From positions 30,543,328 through 30,607,327 of the forward strand of contig OZ316892.1 of NCBI GenBank assembly GCA_973895155.1: DNA of 64,000 nucleotides, read 5' to 3'. Below, one piece after another: positions 1 to 11,591 of this stretch (its first letter is position 1; each line of letters opens with the position of its first letter). Under the pieces are notes generated by a model. It did not search any database. It was not told the DNA's origin and worked only from the letters and a program-made list of their open reading frames with translations. A program made the translations under genes and the position numbers. Source of the DNA: Marsupella aquatica. Its lineage: Eukaryota > Plantae > Marchantiophyta.

Positions 1-111
1 GGTTCTTAGGGATTGAGCTTGGGTGATGTGTGACGGAGTCTTGTTATGATAGTCTGGTGTTAAGGGCATAAATTGGTGTTTACCGGCCTTCACAGCATCC
101 CTTCGTGATCC

Positions 112-1030
112 TCAGGTACAAGGAGATGGTTTTGGCACCCATAGTGACGTCTTTGGTGTTAAGACCCATGTCAATCGCGTGACAGCCGTAAAGCATGCAT
201 CCTCCTCAAGATTGTGCAAAGTACAATTGCACTTCCTTTGGAGGGTCGTCGCCCAACCCCTCCAGGTGTCATCCCTCGTTGGAACGACATTGATTGGGTT
301 GATCTTCTTTGGCTTTCCCCCTGCCTCCTCCTCCTTGCTTGGCTGGCTTCCTTGGTGCCGCCAACCTTGTTCTCTTTGCGGGGGTGGCTTCTTGTTGTTG
401 GGCCCCTTCCTCTTCATGGCGGCTGTTGTGGATGTTTCTCCAAGCACGGTTGCCTTTGTCCACGCCTTCGTGCTGCCTTTCAGGTCCCAATGTTCATCAT
501 TGTAGTTGTTGATGGCTTGCCGAATGCCGACGATTCTGTTTTCTTGAATTAGAAGGTTGTCAAGCTCGTCGCCAGTATGTGTCCACAAGAATTTAGCCTT
601 GATGAATTCTCCTCCTAAGAAGGCCGTCTTCTATAGTTCCCACAACCGAGCAAGTTCCTGTTGCTCGCGGGCTGCTCTTTCTAATTCTCCTCTTGTAAGT
701 CCCAACGTACTCACTTGCCCGTTCGAACAGGCATCCCCAAAAATGTGCTGCTCGATTGATGTTGCTCATTTCCTTCTCTGGCTTGCTCGGTAGCTGCTTA
801 TGCCCCTCCCGTGTTCTCCTCCTCAGCTGACAATTGTTGGCTTCTCGCAATCCTCTACTTGGTCAGTGCTTGCAAATGAGCCACCATTCCTTGTGAACGG
901 TCCTTACCCCCCTTGCCTGGTCAATCTTTCCGTTGGTTACCCATAGCCACTGGTACTTAGCGTGCCCTAACCCTAATCGCCCTCCTTGCCATGGCGCCCT
1001 TACTTCCAGCCTCGGCTCAGGTTCCATAGT
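112..1030 (-). pseudogene. Degenerate ORF of unknown (probably transposon) origin; second copy at about 34405-35140 (+)
   Basis: Similar peptide pieces in shifting frames in both copies (HFWGCLF..ASEYVGTYK, GDELD.LLI, QAINNYND.HWDLKGST). No recognisable domain. Confidence 0.3.
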
Positions 1031-1432
1031 CACCCTTAATTGTTTATATTTTCCTTGTTTTGTTACTATACTAATGTGTTTTCAGGGTACACTCCTGGTT
1101 TTACCACTTTAACTGGCCTAGTGATTCCTGGCTAGGCATCACAGATTCCAGGATTTTGTAAACCCTGAAATCATCGGAAGCCCGGATAGTACAGTGGCCT
1201 TGATCTCCAACTCCCCTCGCATCAAATCTGAGCACCATTGACCCCCTTATAGCTTTCCGTGCAGCCTAAACCTGTCTCCCGTACCCAATCTTTGTGATTT
1301 TTTTCCATTGTCTTTTTACCAGTAATGCCCAAAAAAGACCGGCCCGCCATGAAATACAAAGGACCCATAATACAAAGAAAATTGATCCCTGCAATTCTAT
1401 AAGCCTGAAATCACTGGGAGTCCGATGGTACA

Positions 1433-2247
1433 TGTCACACCAAAATGTTAGTCCTTACATGAGGTTCAGGTTAGTGGTGACATAAACTTCGTTAGTATTG
1501 AGCATTCGAGCAAGGAGGGATGTGCTATCCGTGGTTATTTGGCTAAACTAGCGCTCAGAGCGCATAACTATATGTATATGCTTATCCTAGGTATACTTTG
1601 TGTTCCGCCGCCGGAACATACCTCACGTCGATAACTACGATCGACCCAGACTTAAGGACTTCTAAGCCGTTGTGTTGTCCGCCCTCCAATCTGGATCCGA
1701 TGATACAGCCTTCAACCCGGGGCCCGCAGTCACTATCCGCCGCTGGCACCCGTGCCTCTCTCGCATAATGCACTCGGCCAATCATCTCTACCCGCAAACA
1801 GGACTTGCAAAATCATGACTCGACTCGCAACATACAATCCCAATTTACATGAAGTAAATGGTGGGTAAAGACTTTACTTCAGAATACGTCATACACATGC
1901 ACACGGTTGACTCAACTTCAACGGAATCAACAGGCCCAATAGCAGGGGTTTGTACACTACAACGGAGCCCGCCCTGCACGCGCCCGACCAGATTAGTCAT
2001 ACATCCACCCCTTGGTGCTCTCTATTCAGAAGGCCGACACTCCACCCACATCACGCGGATATCTGGTTTTGAACCTAAAGTCCCCCCCCTTTGCTTCTAC
2101 CGGGGGTGCACTAAATACTATCTGGGGGCGGGGCCTGGCACGACCAGCGACGCCAAGTCTAACCTAAGCTACATCTAACTGTCAGACTACAAAACGGCGA
2201 GCCCTATCCTAAGATTCTACTTTGAGTGGGGGCGGCCTGATAAGACA
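1433..2247. repeat. Possible LTR-like relic (TGTCACACC...GATAAGACA); mirrored at about 33192-34012
   Basis: TG...CA termini resembling Gypsy LTR ends, non-coding. No target-site duplication found. Confidence 0.25.
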
Positions 2248-2946
2248 TTGACGCTAACTAGTTTAGGGGTTTAGGGTTTAGGGTTTTGGTTTTCACTCCG
2301 AGTTTGGCCACTTGTTTTTGAAGTAGTCCACCAGTTTTGGGACGTGGTTTTGGGGGAAAAATACCAAAAAATGGCCCAAATAAACCAAAAAAGGGGGAGT
2401 TTTCCCCGACTTTTGCTCTTGTCCACCAATTTTTGCCAGGATTTTTTCTTGAAAAATTCTAGTCCAAAATTTCCCTAAACATCACTGAAAAAAACCCTAT
2501 ACATATACATTTTTGGTGCAGCCCCAGCGATTGCAATGCCCAGTCTTTGCAGTATTTTTAGTGGTCTTTTTGCCACGAGTGCCCAAAAATGATCGTCCCG
2601 TCATGAAAATACAAAGGAACCACATTACAAAGTAAATTGATCCTCGCGCACTTCTTCAAACGTCACTGCATCGGGAGCCCGGATAGCACTGCGGCCTTCT
2701 TCCCTAACTCCCCTCGCATCAACTCCGCCCACTCTGCCTTCCACCTCCCTGTTGCACGACTATCGCGTAGAGCCTCTTGCTGCGCTGTGGCGTCTGCCTC
2801 CCTTCTGCCTCTCCTCGAACTTCACTCATGGGTTTCACCTCTTTCTGGCTATCCTTGGAATCCAATTGCGACACCCGATTCCTGGCTTTACAGCAATCAG
2901 GACGTGTGACCCTAAACCCTAAAGTCTTGTGGCCATGGAGTGTAAG

Positions 2947-3182
2947 CTACAACAAGAAATGAAGAAGATAATCAGCAGGAATCACCACTAACACCAACTT
3001 ATAAGTTGGAAAAGACAATATTAGCTGATAAGGGAGAAATGGTACAAATTACCACTAACACCAACTTATAAGTTGGAAAAGACAATATTAGCTGATAAGG
3101 GAGCAATGGTTTAAATATAAAAGGAACCAAGATTAAGAATGTATTATTGGATGGTAGTTCAGCAATTAATTTAATGAGCTAA
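2947..3182 (+). mobile_element. Fragment of the Gypsy gag-protease relic seen longer at 43080-43972, with an internal tandem duplication of about 67 bp
   Basis: Matches 43767-43972 (...IKNVLLDG.S...). ACCACTAACACCAACTTATAAGTTGGAAAAGACAATATTAGCTGATAAGGGAG occurs twice here and in arm B; C has a single near-copy. Confidence 0.75.
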
Positions 3183-3189
3183 CAATCCT

Positions 3190-4410
3190 TGTAGAATTCA
3201 CAATCTGCTAAGAATTACTTGTCGTAGTGGCTTAGGATTGCTGAATTGCTCTAGTTGCGTCTCGGGGAGTTGGTATCGAGCTGTGCGTAGTACCTACATG
3301 CTGACGAATCCAGTGATCCCTGTTAGGTTCGCGTTACCACTTTTACACGGCCTCTCGTCATGTCCTTTGGGCAGAGAATTCCTAGTAAGGCCCTAGCTAT
3401 ACTGGATGTTCTTCTGCGTTTCGACCTTAGATTGCTGGGCAACTATACTTCTCACCTCTGAGCGCCCAAGGAAGCGGGACAGAATCTCTTTTTTCAGCCC
3501 GGGATACTGTCCATCCTGGTTCAAGTCCTGCTCATTTCTTGCATGACGTCTCCTGCTGCCCGTCTCCTGATTTCCCGTCACGATCTAGATCAATTTTGTT
3601 GCCACTTGCTTCAACTTGTTGTTCTGAACGCATTGTCGAGCCTGCCCAATTTGCTACGTACACGGTCTGCATAACACTTGTTCACAAGTTCTTCTTTGAA
3701 GAAATGTCGTCAATTCTTCGTTTGGTATGCAGGACACTTCAGTTGGAAAGGGTTCTTTCTTGGAGGGCGATAAATAAGAGCACTCGCGCCATAGATTTTC
3801 AGAGGGCAATGTGCAGGTATGACGGTGGGTTGCTTTGGGGTTTGGATGGAAGATCTTCTCATACTTTTTCTTCTCAAAACTTGTAGTTTTGATTCTCAAG
3901 TTTTGATGGCAAAGCTGGGATGATTCGTAAAAGAGTCCAGCAGGAGGAATTGATTCTGGAGAAGATACGCTACTGCTATGCTTCTAGGGCTTCCTCCAAC
4001 TGTTACGCTGAGCTGAGATTCCTATGCCCGGGCAAGGTTTCCCCAACAGAGCCTTCGCGTAATGAATATTCTTTCCTTAGTCCATGGGAAGGAAAGATGA
4101 GACTTGAAATTTGACGGCTCTGCAAGATTGCACTACTTAGACTGATTTGAACCTTTGTCAAACAGGTAAGATCGTATTTCTCAAAACTGTACCATTGAGC
4201 TCCGTATTCCCGGCACGGGAACGGAGCTGACTCGATGGAACTTTTGGATATGGACCGCTTTAGGCAACAGTCCTCAGCCAGGTATGATTAATTTTGTATG
4301 CATGTCATTTTGTTGGATTTGATGTGACCAAACGACCTTGAGTACATTCTCAACAAAGACGTTTGATTTGCAGAGTTTATCCTTCATCTTCCGGTTTGAT
4401 TGTATTGGCA
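3190..4410 (+). repeat. About 1.2-kb dispersed repeat upstream of each PPR gene, possibly an F-box pseudogene; copies at 31050-32270 (-), 43975-45180 (+) and a diverged copy at 35150-36490 (-)
   Basis: Four copies visible. The peptide EEMSSILRLVCRTLQLERVLSWRAINKSTR weakly resembles an F-box motif. Many stops and frameshifts. Confidence 0.6.
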
Positions 4411-4614
4411 TCCGCCATTGTTCTTGTACACGGCCTTCAGGTAATGAGACTGAAGAGCGATTTCAACGTCATGCGTACCTACTTTTAAACAGAAACTCTT
4501 GTTCCAGCACCACGGTGTGACATTTATAGTTGCGGGAATTTCCTGCTATGAGGCTTATGTGATCAAGACTTGAGTTGAACTTCAAGTTTGATTCCTTTTC
4601 GTGTTAAGAAGCAC

Positions 4615-4673
4615 GGGGGGGGGGGGGGGGCGGCGGGTGGGGGTGGGGGGGGGGGAAGGGAGGGGAGGGGAGG
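4615..4673 (+). repeat. G-run tract (G-quadruplex-prone) upstream of PPR gene; also 45390-45445 and a shortened form at 30810-30840 (-)
   Basis: Multiple runs of 3 or more G, with length differing between copies. Confidence 0.7.
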
Positions 4674-5458
4674 CTGTTACATTCGTGTCGTATGTGTCTC
4701 TTCACGGATTGTATAAGAGCCAAGTTCAAGAATGATGGATAGCCTTTATTTCTGAATTGTAGGAGAGGGAGGGAAGCGCTTTCACGTTCATGTCATCTGT
4801 GTCTAATCACGATGGATTCGATGATGGCTAGGCTTTATTTCTAAGTAGTCTCTTTCAGAAACCTGAGATTCTGGTTTGTGTATAGCGCAGAAAGGACAGT
4901 GTAGGCAACTTACAAATGAACGCTTGTCAAGATGCCCTAAGAGTCTGTCCTGTACACAACCCAAGGATAACATGTGACTTCTGGCTGAAGTATTTTAGTA
5001 CCAATTCGATAGGCTCTTGACTCAGTCCTTTCTGTGGGTACAGTGAAATACGGAGAAGGAACGAGCTTGTTGATACCTGGATATGCCTTTCACAATTATT
5101 TCAATATTCTATTCTAAGATCATTGCATTCTTGACAGATAGCCGTTACTCTCAGTTGGAAAGGAGTCATTTAACTTTTGCAAGTTATCTGTACCAAACAT
5201 CACAGCAGAGCAAGGGAGACAAGAAAATACATCTTTGGACGGAGGTAGGAATGCACCCTAGAACTCGAGAGGCTTACCGGTCTGCTATCCATTTCTGAAC
5301 ACTCATGGTAGAAAGATCACTGGAAACATAGTCGTCAAGAAATAACTACAAATTCAGTGCACCTCGTGGAATCTCCTGGATTTTGTCCTGGTAGCAGATC
5401 TGATCGTGGGTTGTGGTGCTGACAGAGGAACCCCAGAGCACCTGAGTTCAATCACAAG

Positions 5459-8019
5459 TTGACAAGACTAGCACTTTGGGTGGATGGATGGTCAACCCCA
5501 GCGTGGGTGAAGGCAAGGGCGAATTTGGGTACTCACTGCAGATTTCCATCTAATGTTAGTTATTGCACGAGAGATCGGTCTCAAGTCACTGCAAAAGGGA
5601 TTGGCAGTAGGCATATGCATCCTGGTACCACGGGTCAAACAATTGCTATGTTGAAAGATCGTCTACAGCGAGGCATTGCTATAGACTCGTACACATATGT
5701 TAAAGTTCTGCAAATGTGCTTGCAACAGAAAGACCTCCAGGAGCCAAGCAAATTCATGATTGCATCATCGAGAGTGGAATTCACGAAAATCCATATGTGG
5801 CAATCACGCTTTTGAATGTGTATATCAAATGCGGAGGTTTATCGGATGCACGTAGAGTTTTTGATCAAATTCAGAACAAGAGTGTTATTACTTGGACCAG
5901 CATGATTGCGGATACGCTAGGAGTGATCATGCTGAATCTGCACTCGAAATTTTCAATCTAATGCGCCAAGCAGGCGTGAAGCCGAATGAGATCACGTATC
6001 TGAGCATCCTGAATGCATGTTCAAGCCCATTAGCTCTCAATTGGGGCAAAGAAATTCATCAGGGTATTCGACATGCCGGCTTTGAATCGGACGTGCGTGT
6101 AGGGTCTGCTCTCGTACTGATGTACGCTAAATGTGGGTGCATCACCGAGGCAAGGAAAGTTTTTGAAAAGTTGACTAATCGAAATGTCATTACATGGAAT
6201 GTGATGAATGGAGCATGTGCAGAACGTGGTGATGGTTTGGAAGCATATCGACTATTCCTCCAAATGAGACGGGATGGCTTCGAACCAAATGCAATCACCT
6301 ATACGAGCATCCTGAATGCATCCGCATGTGATGGGGGTTTGGCATGGGTGAAGGACGTTCATGGCCACGCTAGGAAAGCGGGACTGGAGTCAGATTTGCG
6401 TGTGGGCTCTGCGCTGGTTCACATGTATGCAGAGAGTGGCAGGATAGGTGACGCCCGACTGGTTTTTGACAGAATGGAGAAACGCGACGTAATCACATGG
6501 AATGTAATGATAGGAGGATTTGCACACATGGATGTGGGCACGAAGCATATCGATTGTTTCTCCAAAATGAGACGGAAGGCTTTGAACCAGATGCATTCAC
6601 TTATACGAGTATTCTGAATGCATCTGCAAGTGCGGGGGCTTTGGAGTGGGTGAAGGAGGTTCATGGCCATGCTAGAAATGCCGGACTAGAGTCGGATTTG
6701 CGTGTGGGCTCTGCGCTGGTTCACATGTATGCAGAGAGTGGCAGGATAGGTGACGCCCGACTGGTTTTTGACAGAATGGAGAAACGCGACGGTAATCACA
6801 TGGAATGTAATGATAGGAGGACTTGCACAACATGGATGTGGGCACGAAGCATATCGACTATTCCTCCAAATGAGACGGGAAGGCGTCAAACCAGATGCAA
6901 TCACTTATCTGAGCATCCTGAATGCATCTGCAAGTGCGGGGGCTTTGGAGTGGGTGAAGGAGATTCATGGCCATGCTGCCGAAGCAGGACTGGAGTCAGA
7001 CTTGCGTGTGGGCACTGCACTGGTCCACATGTATGCAAAGATTGGCAGTATAGATGACGCCCGACTTGTTTTTAACAGAATGGAGAAACACAATGTAGTC
7101 ACATGGAACGTAATGATCGGGGGACTTGCACAACATGGATGTGGGCACGAAGCCCTGGAACTTTTCAGACAAATGAATGCAGACGATGTGAAGCCCACCG
7201 AGACGTCATTCACAGCTGTGTTGTCAGCCTGTTCTCATGGGAGGCCTTGTTGATGATGGCCGTAGAATCTTTTTTGCTATGACGCAAGATTATGGTATCG
7301 AGCGTACTGTTTTTCACTATAACCTCATGGTGGATATTCTTGGGCGGGCGGGACACGTGGAAGAAGCAAAGCGGTTGATCAGTGAGATGCCGATCGAACC
7401 AGATGATGTGACTTGGACAGCCTTGCTTGGGGCTTGTAGAACTTACGGTAACGTGGAGCTGGGTGAACTGGCCGCTAACGAGCTTTTCAAGTTGGAACCC
7501 GGTAGGGCCTCTACATATGTGCTGCTCTCCAATATCTATGCTGCAGCTGGGAAGTGGGAGAAGGTGTCATCTGTGCGCACTATGATGCAAGAGAGAGGTG
7601 TTCGGAAGGAGCCAGGACGTAGCTGGATCGAAGTTCATAACAAGATCCATGAATTTGTGGTGGGGGATACATCTCACCCAGAAGCGGAGGCGATCTATAC
7701 TGAGCTGAATAAATTGACTGAAAAACTGAAGGCGGAAGGCTACATTCCGGATACCCAGCTTGTATTGCATGATATCAATGAAGAGGATAAAGAGCTAGCC
7801 CTTTGCTCTCATAGTGAGAAGTTGGCTATTGCTTACGGACTTATGCACCTACCTTGGGGAGAACCTATTCGTGTAAGTAAGAACCTTCGGGTGTGTTCAG
7901 ATTGCCACTCAGCAACCAAGTATATCTCTAAGGTGACCGGACGCGAGATTATTGCAAGGGATGCAAATCGGTTCCACCATTTTAAAGATGGAATGTGTTC
8001 TTGTGGTGATTACTGGTGA
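5459..8019 (+). pseudogene. PLS-class PPR-E1-E2-DYW gene copy A (4 P-L-S triplets, about 17 PPR motifs); frameshifted as assembled, possibly intact in vivo
   Basis: Split over ORFs 5459-5815, 5716-5961, 5892-6617, 6497-7057, 6750-7253 and 7237-8019. PG box PGRSWIEV, HSEKLA, CSDCH and terminal CSCGDYW are intact. Seven single-base indels relative to B/C. Confidence 0.92.
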
Positions 8020-8988
8020 ACCCAGATTGAAAGCTGTGTTGGGCTGGCTGGAAAGTGACTTCAAATCAGTAGTCACTGGCAGCGCAGATACAGTCAGGTT
8101 TTGGGTGTCGCAATTCTATAACATTAATTTTGAGATTCTGCAATTGGGGATTGTACCTAGCCCTCTTCTGGCTGAAAGACCATTTCATGTAAGAGAAATG
8201 TCACGCAAGTTTCGTTTTGAGTGTCGAAATTATAGGTGCGTGAAATCAAGCTGTTGGCTTGATATGTAGAAACCTCTTTTGACATCTTAGTTGAGTATTG
8301 TCCTTAGATCAAAAGAAGAGTTTGCATACAGTAGCTGCCTTGCTGTGAACAGGGTACTGGAAGGGAACACACATTGGTGACAGGAGACGAAAATCAAGGG
8401 CATAAAGATCAAATGCGCGGATGGCGACCTCCACCAGCAGAAAGCTTCAAGCAATGAGTCTTCGAGTTCATCGACTTGCAGGAAGCCTTTGGCCGAGACT
8501 GATGGATGTATTCAGATCTTCGAATACATCCATGTCGAAGATTAAATTCAATTCTAGTAAAGTGGCCATGTTCTTATTTTGCCCCAGGGTCCCCACTTTT
8601 CTCCCCAATAACTTTCATTTATTTGGATTTCATGACAACTCACCCTACCAGCTCTTTCTACGAGCAAGAGTAAAGGATTCAGCAATTACTTTTCCTTGTT
8701 TGCAACTTAAAATACATACAAAGCTTATTAAATTCATTCTAACTCCAAGTCGTTCTGTATTTCTCCTCTGCTTATGTCACTTCATTCTAAAATGTTTGAA
8801 AAAATGGTATACACTGAAAGGTTACTTAGATATTGTTAAATTTATAAGACAAAACTAGTTTCACAAGTATCCCAAAACATTTTGTTAGGTTGGCCCAAAC
8901 TTTTATCTATTGGGCCAACCAAAATGGCCCTAAGGATCGCACAAGAAAGCTACAGGATACATAGTTACTTTGCAGGAGAGATGCAAGG

Positions 8989-11590
8989 GCATGTTGGAAG
9001 GAGTGAAGTTCGAAAAGGCTGGTTTGCATCTGGCACAACAATTTTATGCTGATAATACGACAGTGATCATTAAAGGAGAGAGAAGGAATATTGAGAGCTG
9101 TAAAGCAATATTTCAGGTATTTGCTAAGGCATCAGGATTAGAATGTAACTGTGATGGAGCTAATGCGATTTTACTAAGTAAGGACCCAATACCGGGTGAT
9201 TTACTGGATCTAAATTGGAAATGGGAAGGTCCTGGTAATTACTCTACACTTCTTGGATTCATGTTTGGGTCGGAAGGGATCAATGGAGCAACTACGGTGC
9301 AGTCGATAAGGTCATTACTGGAGAAGAAACTGACTCAGGCTCGGTTGAACCCGCTTTCCTTTATGGCTAGGGTATTGGTGGCAAATCACATATTGATGGG
9401 CTCACTGTGGTTTATTCTAACTCTTTGGTGTGGAGCGGACCGGGAGTTACACAACATCAAGGTGGAACTGATAAATTTCCTATGGGCAGGTCAAAACATT
9501 TCAGCCCATCATAGGATTAACTTTCGAATCCTGTCTAAGAAAAAGACGGAGGGAGGTGTGGGCCTGATCGCATTGGAACATCAGGTGACGGCTTTAGCAG
9601 CGAGGTTCATTATGTTTGCGGTATCTACTGGGGAACATCCGTTACAATTGCTGCTTCAAACACGGATTATAGCGATGTCTATGCATAAATGGGGTTGTGA
9701 TGATTACTCTTGGATTTTTAACAATTGTAGAACTATACCTACAGAGGGATCAGAGTTATGGAAAGGAATTTGTCATTCGTGGAACAAGATGAAGCCTCTG
9801 CTTAGGTTTGAGATACCGGCAAACTCAAGGACTATGCTGAAGTTACCAGTGTGGTCTCCTTCCTGTAATCATGTGGAGATCAGAAAGGTGGGATGTAAAT
9901 CTCTTCAGCAAAGGCTGTTGCGTAGATGGGGATTGTCTAAATGGCAGGATGTATTCTCAGAAGTGGGAATTCCTAAGTCATGGGATGAATTGAGATCAAG
10001 TGGAGCAAATGTCGGGGGTAAGAGAGCTTTTGAAGCTCTTATATCTAACTCAAAATCTCAATCAGATGTACAGTTCTGTGATCCGAATGTGGAAAGTAAA
10101 ATTTTGATCTCCCAGGTACCGATTTGTGAAGGTAACTTGGTCTGGAAAATTTCAGTCAAGAATGCTCAGGTGAAAGGTTCTTGGCAACCGGGAGAGCTTA
10201 ACCAGATGCCGTTTGCTACTTTTGTCATTCAAGATGGGATAATGCAGAAGAGGTTACAGGTTCCTATCCAGGCGGTGGAATTATTCACTATGATATCTGG
10301 CAGAGTGAAGAATTGGAATACACATAAGTTGGGGATCGGACTAAAAGGTAGTCAGGACGAAATTGTAGGTGTAACTAACCAATTTGTGTGGTTAGATGGA
10401 AGAGAGTTCTTTCATGCCTCTACTGCCAGTGTTAGAAAATTACTTCAGGATCGGGAGAGATCGGATATGATTGGATTACAGAAGTGGAGGAATGAAATAA
10501 GTATGGTGCCTTCTGATTCGGTTATTTGGAGAAACATCTGGAAACCTTATCGGGAGATGAAGGTGAATTTTTTCATGTGGCAGATTGCTCATCGGATTTT
10601 CGCCACTAAGCACTTCATTGGTAGGCGTTCTATTCGTAAGGACGAGCATGGAGTGATTATTCCGTTTTCTCGAAACGATGCAGAGTGGTGGTGTGGTCGA
10701 TGTGAAAGAAATCTACATGAAGACTCCCTTCATTGTCAATGGAGTTGCGAGGAATCTAAGAGGATCTGGAATTGGGTGATGAAGCTGGTACAGAGGGCGA
10801 TGGGCAACTCAGGTTTCTCTATAAATGCTGCTCAGGCGATAATTGGGGCACCGCTATACAGAACCACTTCGAAAACTCCACTTAAACTGTGGCAGATAAT
10901 CAGGGGGATCACGAATTGGCATCTATGGAAGGCTCGTTGCTCTCTGGAGAAGGAAAAGGTTAGGATTACAGAAGTTGGTATCCAGATTAAAATCTGGAGA
11001 GAACTCAGATTGAATATGAGGGTAGCTTGGACTCAATGTTCTAGGCGTCTGTTACTCTGTAATCTTCCTGTGCCGGAGAATCAGGAACTAAGAGGAAGAA
11101 TGGTTCGAGACTTTGGTAGAGAGGGTGGATTATACAGGATTACGGAGGGTCTTTTCATAGTGGAATACACGCCATTATGGCTGTTTGACCCACCTTGAGC
11201 TTTGGCTTTGGCTTTGGGGGTGGGGTTTAGTTTGTGGCAGTTAGGGTTTACCTCTCATTGAGGTTTTTCCGCTGAAGTACAGTAGGTCAGATATTGGTTA
11301 TTACTGATTCTCTCCCTGTTTCTTTTGCCTGAGTTTTGCCCTCAGTGATGCCTGTGCTTTCTTTGTTGCTTTAAGATGACTTTTTCTGGTGGAGCTGATG
11401 TGATGGCTTTTCACCTTGTTTCCTGTTTGGCCCTTGCTCACTTGACTGAATGTGTTCGGTCTTGGTGTTGCTGTTGGTCTGTGACCTGTCTTGGGTCTGG
11501 CCTGTTTTACTCCCGCTTTTATTGGGTTTTACTTCTCTTTTAAGTAAAGTACTCCGTTCAAAACAAAAAAAACAAAAAAAACAATAACAA
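8989..11590 (+). mobile_element. 5'-truncated L1-type LINE (C-terminal part of ORF2: end of RT plus zf-RVT), 3' UTR and A-rich tail
   Basis: ORF 8970-11198 has QQFYADNTT (YADD-like), KKKTEGGVG, KVNFFMWQIAH and C-x2-C...EDSLHCQWSC. It ends in AAAACAAAAAAAACAAAAAAAACAATAACAA at about 11560-11590. Confidence 0.9.
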
Positions 11591-11591
11591 T

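Larger units (their letters stand above)
305..8988 (+). repeat. Arm A of large inverted segmental duplication (partner 24373-35138)
   Basis: Reverse complement matches 24373-35138 throughout. The same spurious ORFs occur on opposite strands (MPFTIISIFYSK, MRIKTTSFEKKKY, MHTVDSTSTEST). Homology ends at ATGCAAGG (8981-8988 / 24373-24380) and near 305/35138. Confidence 0.95.

Noticed and set aside
5083-5298. 71-aa ORF MPFTIISIFYSK conserved in all three copies
   Set aside because: Conservation is explained by recent duplication; no domain or independent coding evidence.
2929-8570. 9-bp direct repeat GTGGCCATG near both ends of cassette A as a Mutator-like TSD (Pack-MULE)
   Set aside because: The 3' copy is native to cassette C as well, the repeats are offset from the junctions, and no TIRs were seen; probably chance.
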